This document shows positions 9,145 to 18,717 of a DNA stretch of 64,000 nucleotides, piece after piece. Under the pieces are notes generated by a model. It was not told where the DNA came from and ran no database searches. It saw nothing but the letters and a program-made list of their open reading frames with translations. A program made the position numbers and the translations under genes. Location: IMG/VR virus record IMGVR_UViG_3300042868_009074, positions 203,767 through 267,766 of that record; one strand, given 5' to 3'. Positions within the stretch are counted from its first letter, which is position 1. Each line of letters opens with the position of its first letter.

Positions 9145-9271
9145 CTGTAGTCAGCTCTGCTGTCTCTAGGAAATAATCTTTGAGCACTTACCCTCCTTAG
9201 CTCAGATTAAAATCTCCCAGTGCCCCATCACCACTGTCCTAGAGATGGCAGAGTTGACTATGGTTTTTTTT
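9145..9271 (+). ncRNA. candidate sRNA: 27-bp closing stem, C-rich loops, T8 tail
   Basis: 9145-9171 pairs with 9237-9263 including several G-U pairs; inner hairpins TGAGC/GCTCA and CAGTG/CACTG. Confidence 0.55.
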
Positions 9272-9292
9272 AAACGAGAGGCACCAACTAAT

Positions 9293-9577
9293 ATGGCTGA
9301 TATTGATATCTCAAGTTATAACTTACAAGACCCTGCAGACATTGAGAAATTCTTCTTGGCTAACCACGCTGAGCTCATGTCTATGATGTCAGTGCTGTCT
9401 GAAAATGTTAGCACTATCCAAAATTATATTCTTGAATTAGATCTTTACACACTTCCAGAAGATACTGTTGTTAGTCTTTCTTCATTAATGGACGCTAACT
9501 TCAAAGTTCATGAAACCATCATAACTTTCTTTCAAGCTCTCATGCAAGTCTCTAAGATAGCTCCACGTCAAGATTAA
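9293..9577 (+). CDS. hypothetical protein
   Basis: GAGG RBS, ATG 9293; the track start at 9245 lies inside the RNA stem. Confidence 0.7.
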   Translation: MADIDISSYNLQDPADIEKFFLANHAELMSMMSVLSENVSTIQNYILELDLYTLPEDTVVSLSSLMDANFKVHETIITFFQALMQVSKIAPRQD

Positions 9578-9765
9578 TTTGTTAGACCATTGATTTTATA
9601 TACCTTCGAGGACATCATCACTATATATATTATATTATTTGTAATGATGTTCTTGATTTTATCAACTTTATTTGCTAAACTATTCCTATGTAACACAATT
9701 ATTTATATACCTTTATATGAATAAAAATCCATAAACAATCCCCGTTAACGGGAAAGGAAACCACA

Positions 9766-9990
9766 ATGCAAAAGAGAAATAAAACTCAACTCATAACACA
9801 ATACCTTGACCAGAACATTGGTAGTGAAGTTACTCCTCAGCAGATTGCTGATGCAGTAGAAACTACCATTCAAACAGTATACACTTTTATTCGTTCAAAT
9901 GCATCACGCTTTGAGTCAGTTAAGCGTGGTACTTTTAAAATTAATTCCTCACAAAACACCCTCTTTTTAAATAACGAGGGTACTATATAG
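9766..9990 (+). CDS. small helix-turn-helix DNA-binding protein
   Basis: VTPQQIADAVETTIQTVYTFIR HTH-like pattern; AAGGA RBS. Confidence 0.6.
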   Translation: MQKRNKTQLITQYLDQNIGSEVTPQQIADAVETTIQTVYTFIRSNASRFESVKRGTFKINSSQNTLFLNNEGTI

Positions 9991-9992
9991 AG

Positions 9993-10131
9993 GTTATCAA
10001 CAATTGATAACAGCGCAGTAATCTCGATAAATCGGCTTCATGCTAACCATTTGCTTTGTTAAGAGCGAATAAGTAAACTAAAAATCTACTTCTTTGTTTT
10101 AAAGTTATGGTTAGATATGAGGCCTTTTTTT
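9993..10131 (+). ncRNA. candidate cloverleaf-like sRNA with T tail
   Basis: GTTATCAA/TTGATAAC hairpin; GGCTTCAT/ATGAGGCC and CTAACCAT/ATGGTTAG stems enclose three hairpins; T7; TACTAT at 9981. Confidence 0.45.
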
Positions 10132-10177
10132 ATCTATTGCTTCCTGTTTTCAAAAGATTATTATTAAGGAATAGACT

Positions 10178-10336
10178 ATGGCTAAGAAAGATAGAACTCA
10201 ACAGCACCCTGTTGATGTAAATCTACTCACTAGGTCAATAGTCTTGGTTGCTCAAAAAATTGATCAACTTACCGAAGAAGTTCGTCTTCTTAGGCAAGAC
10301 CTTTCTAATAGTCCTAACAAGGAGGAATGTAGCTGA
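10178..10336 (+). CDS. small hypothetical protein (not in track)
   Basis: AAGGA RBS, 52-aa ORF. Confidence 0.5.
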   Translation: MAKKDRTQQHPVDVNLLTRSIVLVAQKIDQLTEEVRLLRQDLSNSPNKEECS

Positions 10337-10368
10337 ACACCAACTGGAACCACCCATATCCAATGTGT

Positions 10369-10570
10369 TATACTATATACATGCCCGTTGACAAGCGGGC
10401 AGGGAAACAATCCCTTACGTAACAGTTATACTGTGAAGTCGGAGAAGGCAAACCTGTCTTTTGTTGAACGGACAATTCGTTGTGTCCGGAACATTCGATT
10501 TCGCAACCTGCGCGATGCTAATGAAATCTGTTTTTAAGATTTCAAACCCAATCGAAAAGGAGCGAATAAA
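10369..10570 (+). promoter_or_regulatory. -10 box plus about 190-nt structured 5' leader of the Rpf gene
   Basis: TATACT 10369-10374; at least six hairpins before the AAGGAG RBS. Confidence 0.45.
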
Positions 10571-11446
10571 ATGCGCATACTACGAGTGATAATATTAATA
10601 TTAACAATGCTAGTAACATCTGTTGTTGTTAGCTCTGCTGCTGGTGCAGCAACTGGAGGCGTCTCGGAGCTTTCTTCCGAGCCCCGAAGTACCACCCTAC
10701 TCAGTACTCCTACTAAGTGGAAGTCCGTCGAATTTAAGATGGGACCTTCTATTAAGTACTGGACTAAAGTAGCCCAATGCGAGACTCGCCAGGACTGGCA
10801 AGACGGTGGCAACTGGGGTGGTGGACTTGGCATAGCTAAATCCACATGGCAAGGATATGGTGGCAAAGAGTTTGCATCTCATCCTTCCAAAGCGACTGTT
10901 CTTGAACAGATCGTAGTGGCTAACAGAATTGCAGTGTTTGGCTACCAAACAAAGAATGAGTTTATGACTGTCGAAGACAGAACTAATAACACACCATTCT
11001 TTAGACCAGCTGTTGGCTTTAATGGTTGGGGCTGTATTAAAAATAATACTTACCTCAAACCTAAAAAAGACACAGTTCTTAAAGTTAAACTTCCTGTAGG
11101 TAAAGAATTTTACTGTCCACAGTTTGAAGATACTTTTAAGAAGTATGCCCTGCCACACAAAGTGTTTTCTTATATCGCTTGGCGTGAATCTAGGTGTAAT
11201 CCTGGAGCCGTCAATGCTAAATGGGAAAACGGGCATATAGTCTGGACCCTCAACTCTAACGGTTCATACGACTCAGGTCTGCTCCAAATCAACTCTTCAT
11301 GGTTTAAAACATTAAGAGAACAATTTGGTTATGCCCCTGACGATCTAATGACACCAGCAGTCAATGCTTTATTCGCCAGTTGGATTCTCCACTTCTCTAG
11401 TGGCAGACTTAGAAACTGGAATGTTAAAGCTACTTCTGTACGCTAG
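10571..11446 (+). CDS. secreted Rpf-like plus SLT-like double lytic transglycosylase
   Basis: Signal peptide; Rpf domain YWTKVAQCE...GGLG...TW.GYGG..FA..PS.AT..EQI.VA; SLT domain IAWRESRC...DSGLLQIN. Confidence 0.85.
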   Translation: MRILRVIILILTMLVTSVVVSSAAGAATGGVSELSSEPRSTTLLSTPTKWKSVEFKMGPSIKYWTKVAQCETRQDWQDGGNWGGGLGIAKSTWQGYGGKEFASHPSKATVLEQIVVANRIAVFGYQTKNEFMTVEDRTNNTPFFRPAVGFNGWGCIKNNTYLKPKKDTVLKVKLPVGKEFYCPQFEDTFKKYALPHKVFSYIAWRESRCNPGAVNAKWENGHIVWTLNSNGSYDSGLLQINSSWFKTLREQFGYAPDDLMTPAVNALFASWILHFSSGRLRNWNVKATSVR

Positions 11447-11479
11447 TTTGCAGTAAAAGGGGAATACCCATTCCCCTTA

Positions 11480-11794
11480 ATGCAAAACACAAGAATCATT
11501 ACCCTTAATCATAAGGATATCCCTATGCCTAAAACTAACTACCTACCAGAAGAACTAGACTCTAAGTCTAAAATAAAAGAAATCATACTACAATACATTA
11601 TCGATGCCAATGTAGAAGAGTATGAATACGACGATGACGACGGCGACTGCTGTGACGATTGCTCGTATGAAGATGCTGACTGCAGCGACTGCTCATGTCA
11701 TTCTGATTTTCCTGGCTACGATGAACATCTTGCTGCCCTACTAGTAAGATTCATCTATAATAACTTTAAACTTCAAGAAACACCTAATGAATAA
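11480..11794 (+). CDS. hypothetical acidic Cys-rich protein
   Basis: DDDDGDCCDDC...CSDCSCH. Confidence 0.65.
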   Translation: MQNTRIITLNHKDIPMPKTNYLPEELDSKSKIKEIILQYIIDANVEEYEYDDDDGDCCDDCSYEDADCSDCSCHSDFPGYDEHLAALLVRFIYNNFKLQETPNE

Positions 11795-12542
11795 TCAAAT
11801 TAACTATGACCATGTTCACAATCAAGATCTAGCCCAATTAGATATTGAATCAGACACCCTTATGAGCGTAGATGTTGTGTCTATAATGTCACGCAAATTT
11901 AATTTTATTTCTCGTGGTTTTGATACTACAGAAATGGAAAACCTTGTATCTTTCTATTATGACATAGAAGACACACGGATCTCGTTGCTAGATCTCAATG
12001 ATTCTAAGAACTCATCTGTTTTTAAATCATATTCTCATTATCTAAGAGGATTAGAGAATTCTACTACTCCCATCTTTAGTGACTATAACCACTCCACTGT
12101 GACTGGTACCTGGGCTTTACAACAGCCTGGTATCGGACAAGCTGCCTCTGCTGCGTTGTTGTCTACGATAGATATTCACAAAGCTCCTAACTTTAATAAC
12201 TTATGGAGCTATTGTGGTCTTAATCCAAGTACTGCTCAACCAGGATCTTGGAACCCATTCTTAAAGAATCTTACTTGGAAGATCGGCAAATCTTTTGCTA
12301 CTGTTCCTGATTCCTTTTACGGTCAACTCTATACTAAAGAGCTTGACCGTAGAATCAAACAACGAGATGATTCAGGTGCTGACACAGAAGACTCCAGGCT
12401 AGAAGCTCAAGCTCGACGCTATGCAACTAAGATCTTCTTGTCTCACTGGCATCAGATCCGATACATAGAAGTTATTGGACAAGAGCCATCATCTTCATTC
12501 AAAAATTCTAGTTACATTGCCCCACCTAATAATCCTTATTGA
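11787..12542 (+). CDS. IS110 C-terminal/Nop-domain protein lacking RuvC (TasA-like)
   Basis: PGIGQ..SAALL..IDI..A.....LWSYCGLNP, WNP.LK.L.WKIG.SF and ARRYA.KIFLSH match the IS110/IS116 C-terminal fold; no DEDD domain. Confidence 0.65.
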   Translation: MNNQINYDHVHNQDLAQLDIESDTLMSVDVVSIMSRKFNFISRGFDTTEMENLVSFYYDIEDTRISLLDLNDSKNSSVFKSYSHYLRGLENSTTPIFSDYNHSTVTGTWALQQPGIGQAASAALLSTIDIHKAPNFNNLWSYCGLNPSTAQPGSWNPFLKNLTWKIGKSFATVPDSFYGQLYTKELDRRIKQRDDSGADTEDSRLEAQARRYATKIFLSHWHQIRYIEVIGQEPSSSFKNSSYIAPPNNPY

Positions 12543-12599
12543 ATAAAAAGCAATGAACAATTTCAGTTCCTATCACCACTATATAATAAGAGGTAAATC

Positions 12600-12944
12600 A
12601 TGCCTATGATAACAAGTACAGAGACTCAAGTACATCAGAACCCAGGGCGGTTCAAGATGGCTGAGCCAACCAAGCTGCTCACACCAATCCAAGGCGAGCC
12701 ACCAATCGGTGCAGGCAAAGGCCGTAAGCGTAATCCAGTGATTACCGCAATCTACAACGAGCTTGTAGGTAAGCGTAACCAGTGGTTCCACGTAAACATT
12801 CCCATCACCGACAAAAAGCAACTGAGCACCCTTCGTGCATCATTGTTTGCTCGCGCAGCAAAAGATAATCTCAGTATCTCTTCAGCGTCTGTTCTCAACG
12901 AACAAACAAAGATGATCGATCTTTGGGTAATGCTTACAGCCTAA
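12600..12944 (+). CDS. hypothetical basic protein
   Basis: GAGG RBS, 114 aa. Confidence 0.75.
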   Translation: MPMITSTETQVHQNPGRFKMAEPTKLLTPIQGEPPIGAGKGRKRNPVITAIYNELVGKRNQWFHVNIPITDKKQLSTLRASLFARAAKDNLSISSASVLNEQTKMIDLWVMLTA

Positions 12945-12949
12945 CCCAA

Positions 12950-13142
12950 TTAAGATTTCCTAGAGTACAAGTTCATTGAACTTATAATGCTTAGATGTAT
13001 TATGATTAAATGTGTGTGTTTATTGGGTACAAAGAAATAATCCTTTCTTGTGCTCTAGGATTAAAGTCTTAAGACCTGCTTAGTCATATGCAGGAGAATG
13101 ACCGACGCCAGCTCGGCTCACTAAATATGACAGCTGGCTTTT
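12950..13142 (+). ncRNA. candidate structured RNA with kissing hairpins
   Basis: 14-bp stem 12958-12971/13047-13060; loop GTCATAT (13083-13089) complementary to loop ATATGAC (13125-13131). Confidence 0.45.
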
Positions 13143-13166
13143 ACTCTATTTTTAAAAGGTACCATT

Positions 13167-13403
13167 ATGACCAATGTGATCTATTATAGACTCACTAAAG
13201 AAGTAGCTCCTTGTTTTGTTCAAAAGATATGCCTTCATTGTAATGATGAAGTATTCTTTTTAATGACACAAGATCAGTACGATCGATGGGTTAAAAATCT
13301 AGAGTATGCTCAAGATGTTTTTCCTGATACAGCTCCAGACATTCGTGAATGGATGATTTCAGGTACTCACCCGAAGTGTTGGGATGAAATGTTTTCTGAA
13401 TAA
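13167..13403 (+). CDS. hypothetical phage protein
   Basis: CLHC...REWMISGTHPKCWDEMF. Confidence 0.7.
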   Translation: MTNVIYYRLTKEVAPCFVQKICLHCNDEVFFLMTQDQYDRWVKNLEYAQDVFPDTAPDIREWMISGTHPKCWDEMFSE

Positions 13404-13577
13404 GATTTGAATTAATCATGTTTAGTTTATACAAAGAAAAAACTATTTAATATTCTCAAAAAAAAAAATAAACGGAGTTCTTCGGCACCGGATTATTAGT
13501 GGATCGTACAGCCATATACTTATCCTTTTAAGTATATACAAAACAAAAATATATTATCTTTACAGTAAGGAATAGTT

Positions 13578-13925
13578 ATGACTATTATTACACCAACCCC
13601 ATACGCATCGTTCTTCGATAGACTCAAGATGAACGATCTTGAAATCGCTTATCATGTACCACAGTACGTATCTCAAGATACGCTCTTTACTAAAAGTAAA
13701 AGGCTTACACGTATTAGTGCAACTAAAACAAAAGAGTTCTTTGCTAGACCAGAAGTTAAAGTTGGATCTTTGATTTCCTATTGGGCAACTGAGGCTTTAA
13801 TCTCTGCTCTTGGAGTCTACGCATTTATATCCATGGGCATGTTTGTTCCTGCAGGATTTACTCTTGCTATCTTTGCCTATCTTACCTACGCTACATTTGG
13901 CGTTATCAATGAGGTTCAACTATGA
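13578..13925 (+). CDS. membrane protein
   Basis: AAGGA RBS, C-terminal hydrophobic helices. Confidence 0.7.
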   Translation: MTIITPTPYASFFDRLKMNDLEIAYHVPQYVSQDTLFTKSKRLTRISATKTKEFFARPEVKVGSLISYWATEALISALGVYAFISMGMFVPAGFTLAIFAYLTYATFGVINEVQL

Positions 13926-14551
13926 GTTTTGATGTTGATCTTCTAAATGAATTTGGTATTCATCAGAATCCTGAAGTAGAAATCGCTAGTCTTCAAAAGA
14001 CCTTTGAAGCTTGCGTTAAAGAAAACGGACCTGACTCTTACAACCCAATGCTTGTAATTTACGACCATGATTCAAGTCCTATGTTTGCACTAGAAGCTCG
14101 TCCTTATACTTCTAAGAAAGACATGTACACCTGCTTTGCCGAAATGCTCTATTCCTATAGCGCATTAGAGGGTCATTCATTCATGATGTCTAGTGACGTT
14201 ACCTTAAGGTCTCATGAATCTACTGGTGAAGCTACTAAGAAAGAAGATTGTCTTACTCTTAGCTTTGCTTCTCGTAGTTCATCTTGTCTTGTAATCATGC
14301 CCTATCAAGTAGATTCTGATAACAATGTTATCTGGTTACATGATGAATTTAATATTGCTTCTATGCTTGATGATGAAGCTGCTGTATCTTTGGATGCAAG
14401 TGGTACTCTTACTGAGTTGTTTTATATCATGTCACACATTAAACAATCTCCATTTCCTTTTAATACTTTAATTAATTATTATTCTTTTAGGGATTTTCCC
14501 TACACACTTCCCCCATCAATGATCGGTGACAAGATACTTGTCAAGATCTAG
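13922..14551 (+). CDS. hypothetical protein
   Basis: 209-aa ORF with overlapping start. Confidence 0.75.
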   Translation: MSFDVDLLNEFGIHQNPEVEIASLQKTFEACVKENGPDSYNPMLVIYDHDSSPMFALEARPYTSKKDMYTCFAEMLYSYSALEGHSFMMSSDVTLRSHESTGEATKKEDCLTLSFASRSSSCLVIMPYQVDSDNNVIWLHDEFNIASMLDDEAAVSLDASGTLTELFYIMSHIKQSPFPFNTLINYYSFRDFPYTLPPSMIGDKILVKI

Positions 14552-14566
14552 AAATTATATAAATAT

Positions 14567-14776
14567 ATGTTAATAAAAAATATAACTAAACGTAGCTTAA
14601 GTAAAACTTATAATACAAAAAATTCAAAAGCTAAAGCTTCTATTTCTAATCAAGATAAATATCTTGTCACTAAAGAAGATTGTTACTTGGTTAATCAAGT
14701 TGTTTCTTTTGATAATCCATATGATAAAATGGATGAGTTCATGGTTGATGAAATCTTCTATGAACCTTTATTCTAA
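14567..14776 (+). CDS. hypothetical protein
   Basis: 69-aa ORF. Confidence 0.5.
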   Translation: MLIKNITKRSLSKTYNTKNSKAKASISNQDKYLVTKEDCYLVNQVVSFDNPYDKMDEFMVDEIFYEPLF

Positions 14777-14864
14777 TTATGATTATTCCAACTTGTTTGG
14801 TAATCTACTTTACAATTAGAATTATTGTCCATTATTCTAACAAATTCTTTTAAGGAATTTAAAC

Positions 14865-16544
14865 ATGACCGTTACCCTTAGACCCTACCAGCAAGAAGCT
14901 CTTGATGCTATCCTATTCCATGAAGGAAAAGGAATTAGTAAACAACTTGTAGTACTCCCTACTGGTGCCGGTAAAACAGTTTTGTTTTCTCATCTACCAG
15001 TTATTCGCAAGAACACTCTACCTATGCTCGTTCTTGCACATCGTGCAGAGCTATTAGAGCAGGCCCGCAATAAGATCATGGCATCTAACCCTACACTTAC
15101 TGTAGAGATAGAGCAAGCTGATCGTAAAGCTGGCCATGTAGACGTAGTGGTAGCTTCTGTAGCTACCTTAGGTCGTAGTGGCACACCCCGTATTGAAGGA
15201 TATCCTAATGACTATTTTAAGTCTATCGTTATTGACGAAGCCCACCATGCTGCTGCTCCTTCTTACAGAAGAATTGTTGATTACTTTAATCCTCCTTTTC
15301 TGTTGGGAGTTACGGCAACGCCGCAAAGGTCGGATTCGGTTAGACTCATTGATGTTTTCGATGAGATAGTTTACTATAAATCAATACAAGATCTCATTGA
15401 AGATGGCTGGCTTAGTCCCCTCATCGGATATAGAGTTAAAACAAATGTAGACATATCAGATGTCGAAATTAGAAACGGTGAATATGCTCAAGATCAACTC
15501 GAAGAAAAAGTGGATACTCCTGAGCGCAACGCTTTTGTTGTCGCTACCTATCGCAATTTGGCAATGGCTACGAAAGCCATTGTATTCGCATCCGGCGTTC
15601 GACACGCCGAAAACCTGGCCTTATCCTTTCGACAAGCGTCGGTAGAATGCGAAGTAATCGTGGGGACAACTCCTCACGAAGAACGTCAAAAGATCCTTCA
15701 GGATTTTTCTACGAATAAACTTAAAGTAATTGTCAATGTAGGTGTTCTCACCGAAGGTTTTGATGAACCCTCATTGGAAACAATTATCTTAGCTAAACCA
15801 ACCAGATCAACACTTCTGTATACTCAGATTGTTGGTCGAGGTACCCGTCTATTCGAAGGCAAAGAACATTGTACGATTATCGATATTGCAGACACCACGA
15901 GGGGGAAGAAGCCTATTGGCCTTCCTACTCTTTTGGGAATGCCACCAGAGTTCGATTTACAAGGACAGAGCCTAACAGACGTCGCTAAGAAGTATGAAGA
16001 GCTAGAAGACTATTGTCCTGGTGAAGCTATTCGTGTACTTAATCCAGATGATATTCAAGGTGCATACAAACGCATTAACTTGTTTATGCCACCACCACCA
16101 AACCCTGCTATCTTAGAATACTCTAAGTATGTATGGGCAGAGATCGGTGAAAACTCTTACCACCTAGGTCTTAATAATAATGAGTCCATGCATATAACAT
16201 TAGATGCTTTGGGTCGTTGGAATACTGAGCTTCATTATAAAGATAATGATAAAACTTCAGTTAAGATTATTGGTAGAGCTGATAATCTTAGATCAGTATT
16301 TTCCGGCACTGACAAATGGATTCAAGAGAATCGTGCAGCATCTTTAGTTCTAATCGATTCTTCTGCTCAATGGAGAACTGATGGACCTACTGATCCTCAA
16401 AAGAAAATGTTAAAGCGTTTAGGTATACCCCTTACTGCTGACATGACTAAAGGTATGGCTTCTCAAATCATATCTAAGTATTACGAAAACAATCCTAAGC
16501 CTAAATGGCTTCAAAATAAGATTGAATCTAAAAAACGTTGGTAG
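14865..16544 (+). CDS. superfamily 2 DExH helicase (Irc3/YejH-like)
   Basis: LRPYQ, PTGAGKT, DEAHH, TATPQR, VLTEGFD, QIVGRGTR. Confidence 0.92.
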   Translation: MTVTLRPYQQEALDAILFHEGKGISKQLVVLPTGAGKTVLFSHLPVIRKNTLPMLVLAHRAELLEQARNKIMASNPTLTVEIEQADRKAGHVDVVVASVATLGRSGTPRIEGYPNDYFKSIVIDEAHHAAAPSYRRIVDYFNPPFLLGVTATPQRSDSVRLIDVFDEIVYYKSIQDLIEDGWLSPLIGYRVKTNVDISDVEIRNGEYAQDQLEEKVDTPERNAFVVATYRNLAMATKAIVFASGVRHAENLALSFRQASVECEVIVGTTPHEERQKILQDFSTNKLKVIVNVGVLTEGFDEPSLETIILAKPTRSTLLYTQIVGRGTRLFEGKEHCTIIDIADTTRGKKPIGLPTLLGMPPEFDLQGQSLTDVAKKYEELEDYCPGEAIRVLNPDDIQGAYKRINLFMPPPPNPAILEYSKYVWAEIGENSYHLGLNNNESMHITLDALGRWNTELHYKDNDKTSVKIIGRADNLRSVFSGTDKWIQENRAASLVLIDSSAQWRTDGPTDPQKKMLKRLGIPLTADMTKGMASQIISKYYENNPKPKWLQNKIESKKRW

Positions 16545-16570
16545 TCAATACCACCTACGGAAACTATTCT

Positions 16571-18151
16571 ATGAACAATAAATTAACTAAATACATAACA
16601 GCATTAGTTATGTTAACTACGTTTACACTTACTAATGCTATTCCAGCCCAAGCTGCCCAAAACAAGGGCGGTTCAGAAATAACTAAACCCAATTCTAAAC
16701 CTAAGAAAAAGACTAACAAAAGAGTTAAGTCTCATTCTTATAAGAAAGTTGTAAAGACTAAGTCTAAAGTTGCTACTGCTAACTCTAAAGTTAAATTTAA
16801 ACTTTCTTTGTCCACAGCTATTCCTAAGATAGGTGCAGACTATTCTTATGATTCTGGTTATACTGGGCAAGGATCTTACGTTGTTGTCATTGATACCGGC
16901 GTAGAAAAAGCACATCCTTTCTTAGCCGATAAGATAGCTCTAGAAGCCTGCTTTGCTACTCGTTGCCCTAATGGTACCAATCAGATGATTGGACCAGGAG
17001 CAGCTGTCCCAGTGCATTATCACGGGACACACGTTGCTGGTATCATTGCTGGTAGCAACTCACAGTTTCATGGAATTGCCCCAGGTGCAAAGATCATAGC
17101 TATCAACATTTTTGACGTATATGGTGCAGCCTATGATGATGATATGGTTAAAGCTTTAAACTATGTCTACTCTTTAGCTGATACTTACAACATTACTTCA
17201 GTTAATATGTCACTTGGTGGTAACACTGTTTTTAGATCTACTTGCGATTCTTATCTTCCTGATGTTACTCAAGCTATTAACAATTTAAAGTCAAAGAATA
17301 TTGCTACAGTTATTGCTTCTGGAAACAATTATTCTGCTGGTATGTCAGCTCCTGCTTGTATCTCTACCGCCGTTAGCGTAGCTGCTACTTATACTTCTAC
17401 AGATAAAGTAACTACATTTTCTAACGTATCTCAGTTTACTACACTGTCGGCTCCTGGCTATGCCATTAACTCTTCTAAGTTGATGGGATCTTATGGTTCA
17501 GCTTCTGGTACCTCAATGGCAACTCCATTTGTTGCCGGAGCTTTAGCCGTGTACCGTTCCAAGTTTGGTGTCCAATCTGTAGATAAAGTTATTACTGACT
17601 TTCAATCTACTTCTTCGCCTGCTGTTGATGATTTCACTGGAATTATAACTAAGCGAATTAATATGAAGTCCTTGATTGATTCCACTACTACACCGGTTGT
17701 TCCTCCAGTAGTAACTACTACTACTATTCCAAATGCAACAACTACAACGTTACCTACTACAACAACTACTACTACTGTTCCGGTGACCACTACTACTGTC
17801 CCAGTAACTACAACCCTTCCTCCCGTTACTGGATATGCAGTAGGAAAACCATTGCTTGTTTCGTTAGACTCTATGTCGTCTGTCTATAACTCTTACCTCC
17901 ATGATGTATTCACGATTACATATCTTGATGTTTATTATGGCAAAGATGTTTTAACTCATTATCTATTGACTTGCGACAGTGGTCAAACGTTTACTATTCC
18001 AGTAGATTATACTGGCCGTTTAAACTATTATAGATTAAAGAATACAGATGGAACCTACGCTAAAGCTACAGGTATCATTAGGTGTTACCTGCAAGGTGCA
18101 GTAGGATCCTTTCTTGCTCCAAAATCTTGGTGGGAAGACGTCAATAGATGA
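16571..18151 (+). CDS. secreted subtilisin-like serine protease (S8) with Thr-rich linker
   Basis: Signal peptide; catalytic triad VIDTG, HGTHVAG, GTSMATP. Confidence 0.92.
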   Translation: MNNKLTKYITALVMLTTFTLTNAIPAQAAQNKGGSEITKPNSKPKKKTNKRVKSHSYKKVVKTKSKVATANSKVKFKLSLSTAIPKIGADYSYDSGYTGQGSYVVVIDTGVEKAHPFLADKIALEACFATRCPNGTNQMIGPGAAVPVHYHGTHVAGIIAGSNSQFHGIAPGAKIIAINIFDVYGAAYDDDMVKALNYVYSLADTYNITSVNMSLGGNTVFRSTCDSYLPDVTQAINNLKSKNIATVIASGNNYSAGMSAPACISTAVSVAATYTSTDKVTTFSNVSQFTTLSAPGYAINSSKLMGSYGSASGTSMATPFVAGALAVYRSKFGVQSVDKVITDFQSTSSPAVDDFTGIITKRINMKSLIDSTTTPVVPPVVTTTTIPNATTTTLPTTTTTTTVPVTTTTVPVTTTLPPVTGYAVGKPLLVSLDSMSSVYNSYLHDVFTITYLDVYYGKDVLTHYLLTCDSGQTFTIPVDYTGRLNYYRLKNTDGTYAKATGIIRCYLQGAVGSFLAPKSWWEDVNR

Positions 18152-18543
18152 AGACCTTGAAAGATGTTCATAAATCTTTTGATGATGATTTCTTTCAATC
18201 TATTCTAATACCTTTTGATTCTTATCCACAAGTTATTAAAGCTTCATTGAATGATGTTTTTAATTACGCTGGATTATCAGAAGAGAACTTATCTTTATTA
18301 ATATTAAAGAATAACCATTGTCTAATCTTTCATGAAGACCATGAAAGATCAATTAAAGAATCTAATATCCTAGCAACTTCTATATATAGAGACTACACTA
18401 ATACTTATTATATTAATGAAGTTATATATGGTAATGCTGTAATATTGGGTTACAACTCTATCTTAATACAAGACAACGAAAGATTTCATTCCATATCTAC
18501 TTTGTATATGAATGAAATTATTAACAGGTTTAATGTATTATGA
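18148..18543 (+). CDS. hypothetical protein
   Basis: 131-aa ORF with overlapping start. Confidence 0.65.
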   Translation: MKTLKDVHKSFDDDFFQSILIPFDSYPQVIKASLNDVFNYAGLSEENLSLLILKNNHCLIFHEDHERSIKESNILATSIYRDYTNTYYINEVIYGNAVILGYNSILIQDNERFHSISTLYMNEIINRFNVL

Positions 18544-18717
18544 AAAAAGATAGAAAATCTATTCACATTAAACAAATTAGATCTATACAAAACACATGTT
18601 CAGCATGTGGATTAAAATCCACTAAAGTTGAAAAGTCAATTAAGTTTAACAAATACTTTTGTATAGATTGTCTATTAGATTACATAAGAAATAATCTATA
18701 ATTAATAGGAGACATTT

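Noticed and set aside
13107-13138. HDV-like or pistol ribozyme
   Set aside because: A 7-bp P1 and 3-bp P3 can be drawn, but the P2 partner, P1.1 and conserved pistol linkers are missing.
11446-13166. TIGR array or IS110 ends around the Nop-domain gene
   Set aside because: No CCA-N9-TG dual repeats; the 18-nt CCA spacing at about 12667-12705 comes from Pro codons in an ORF.
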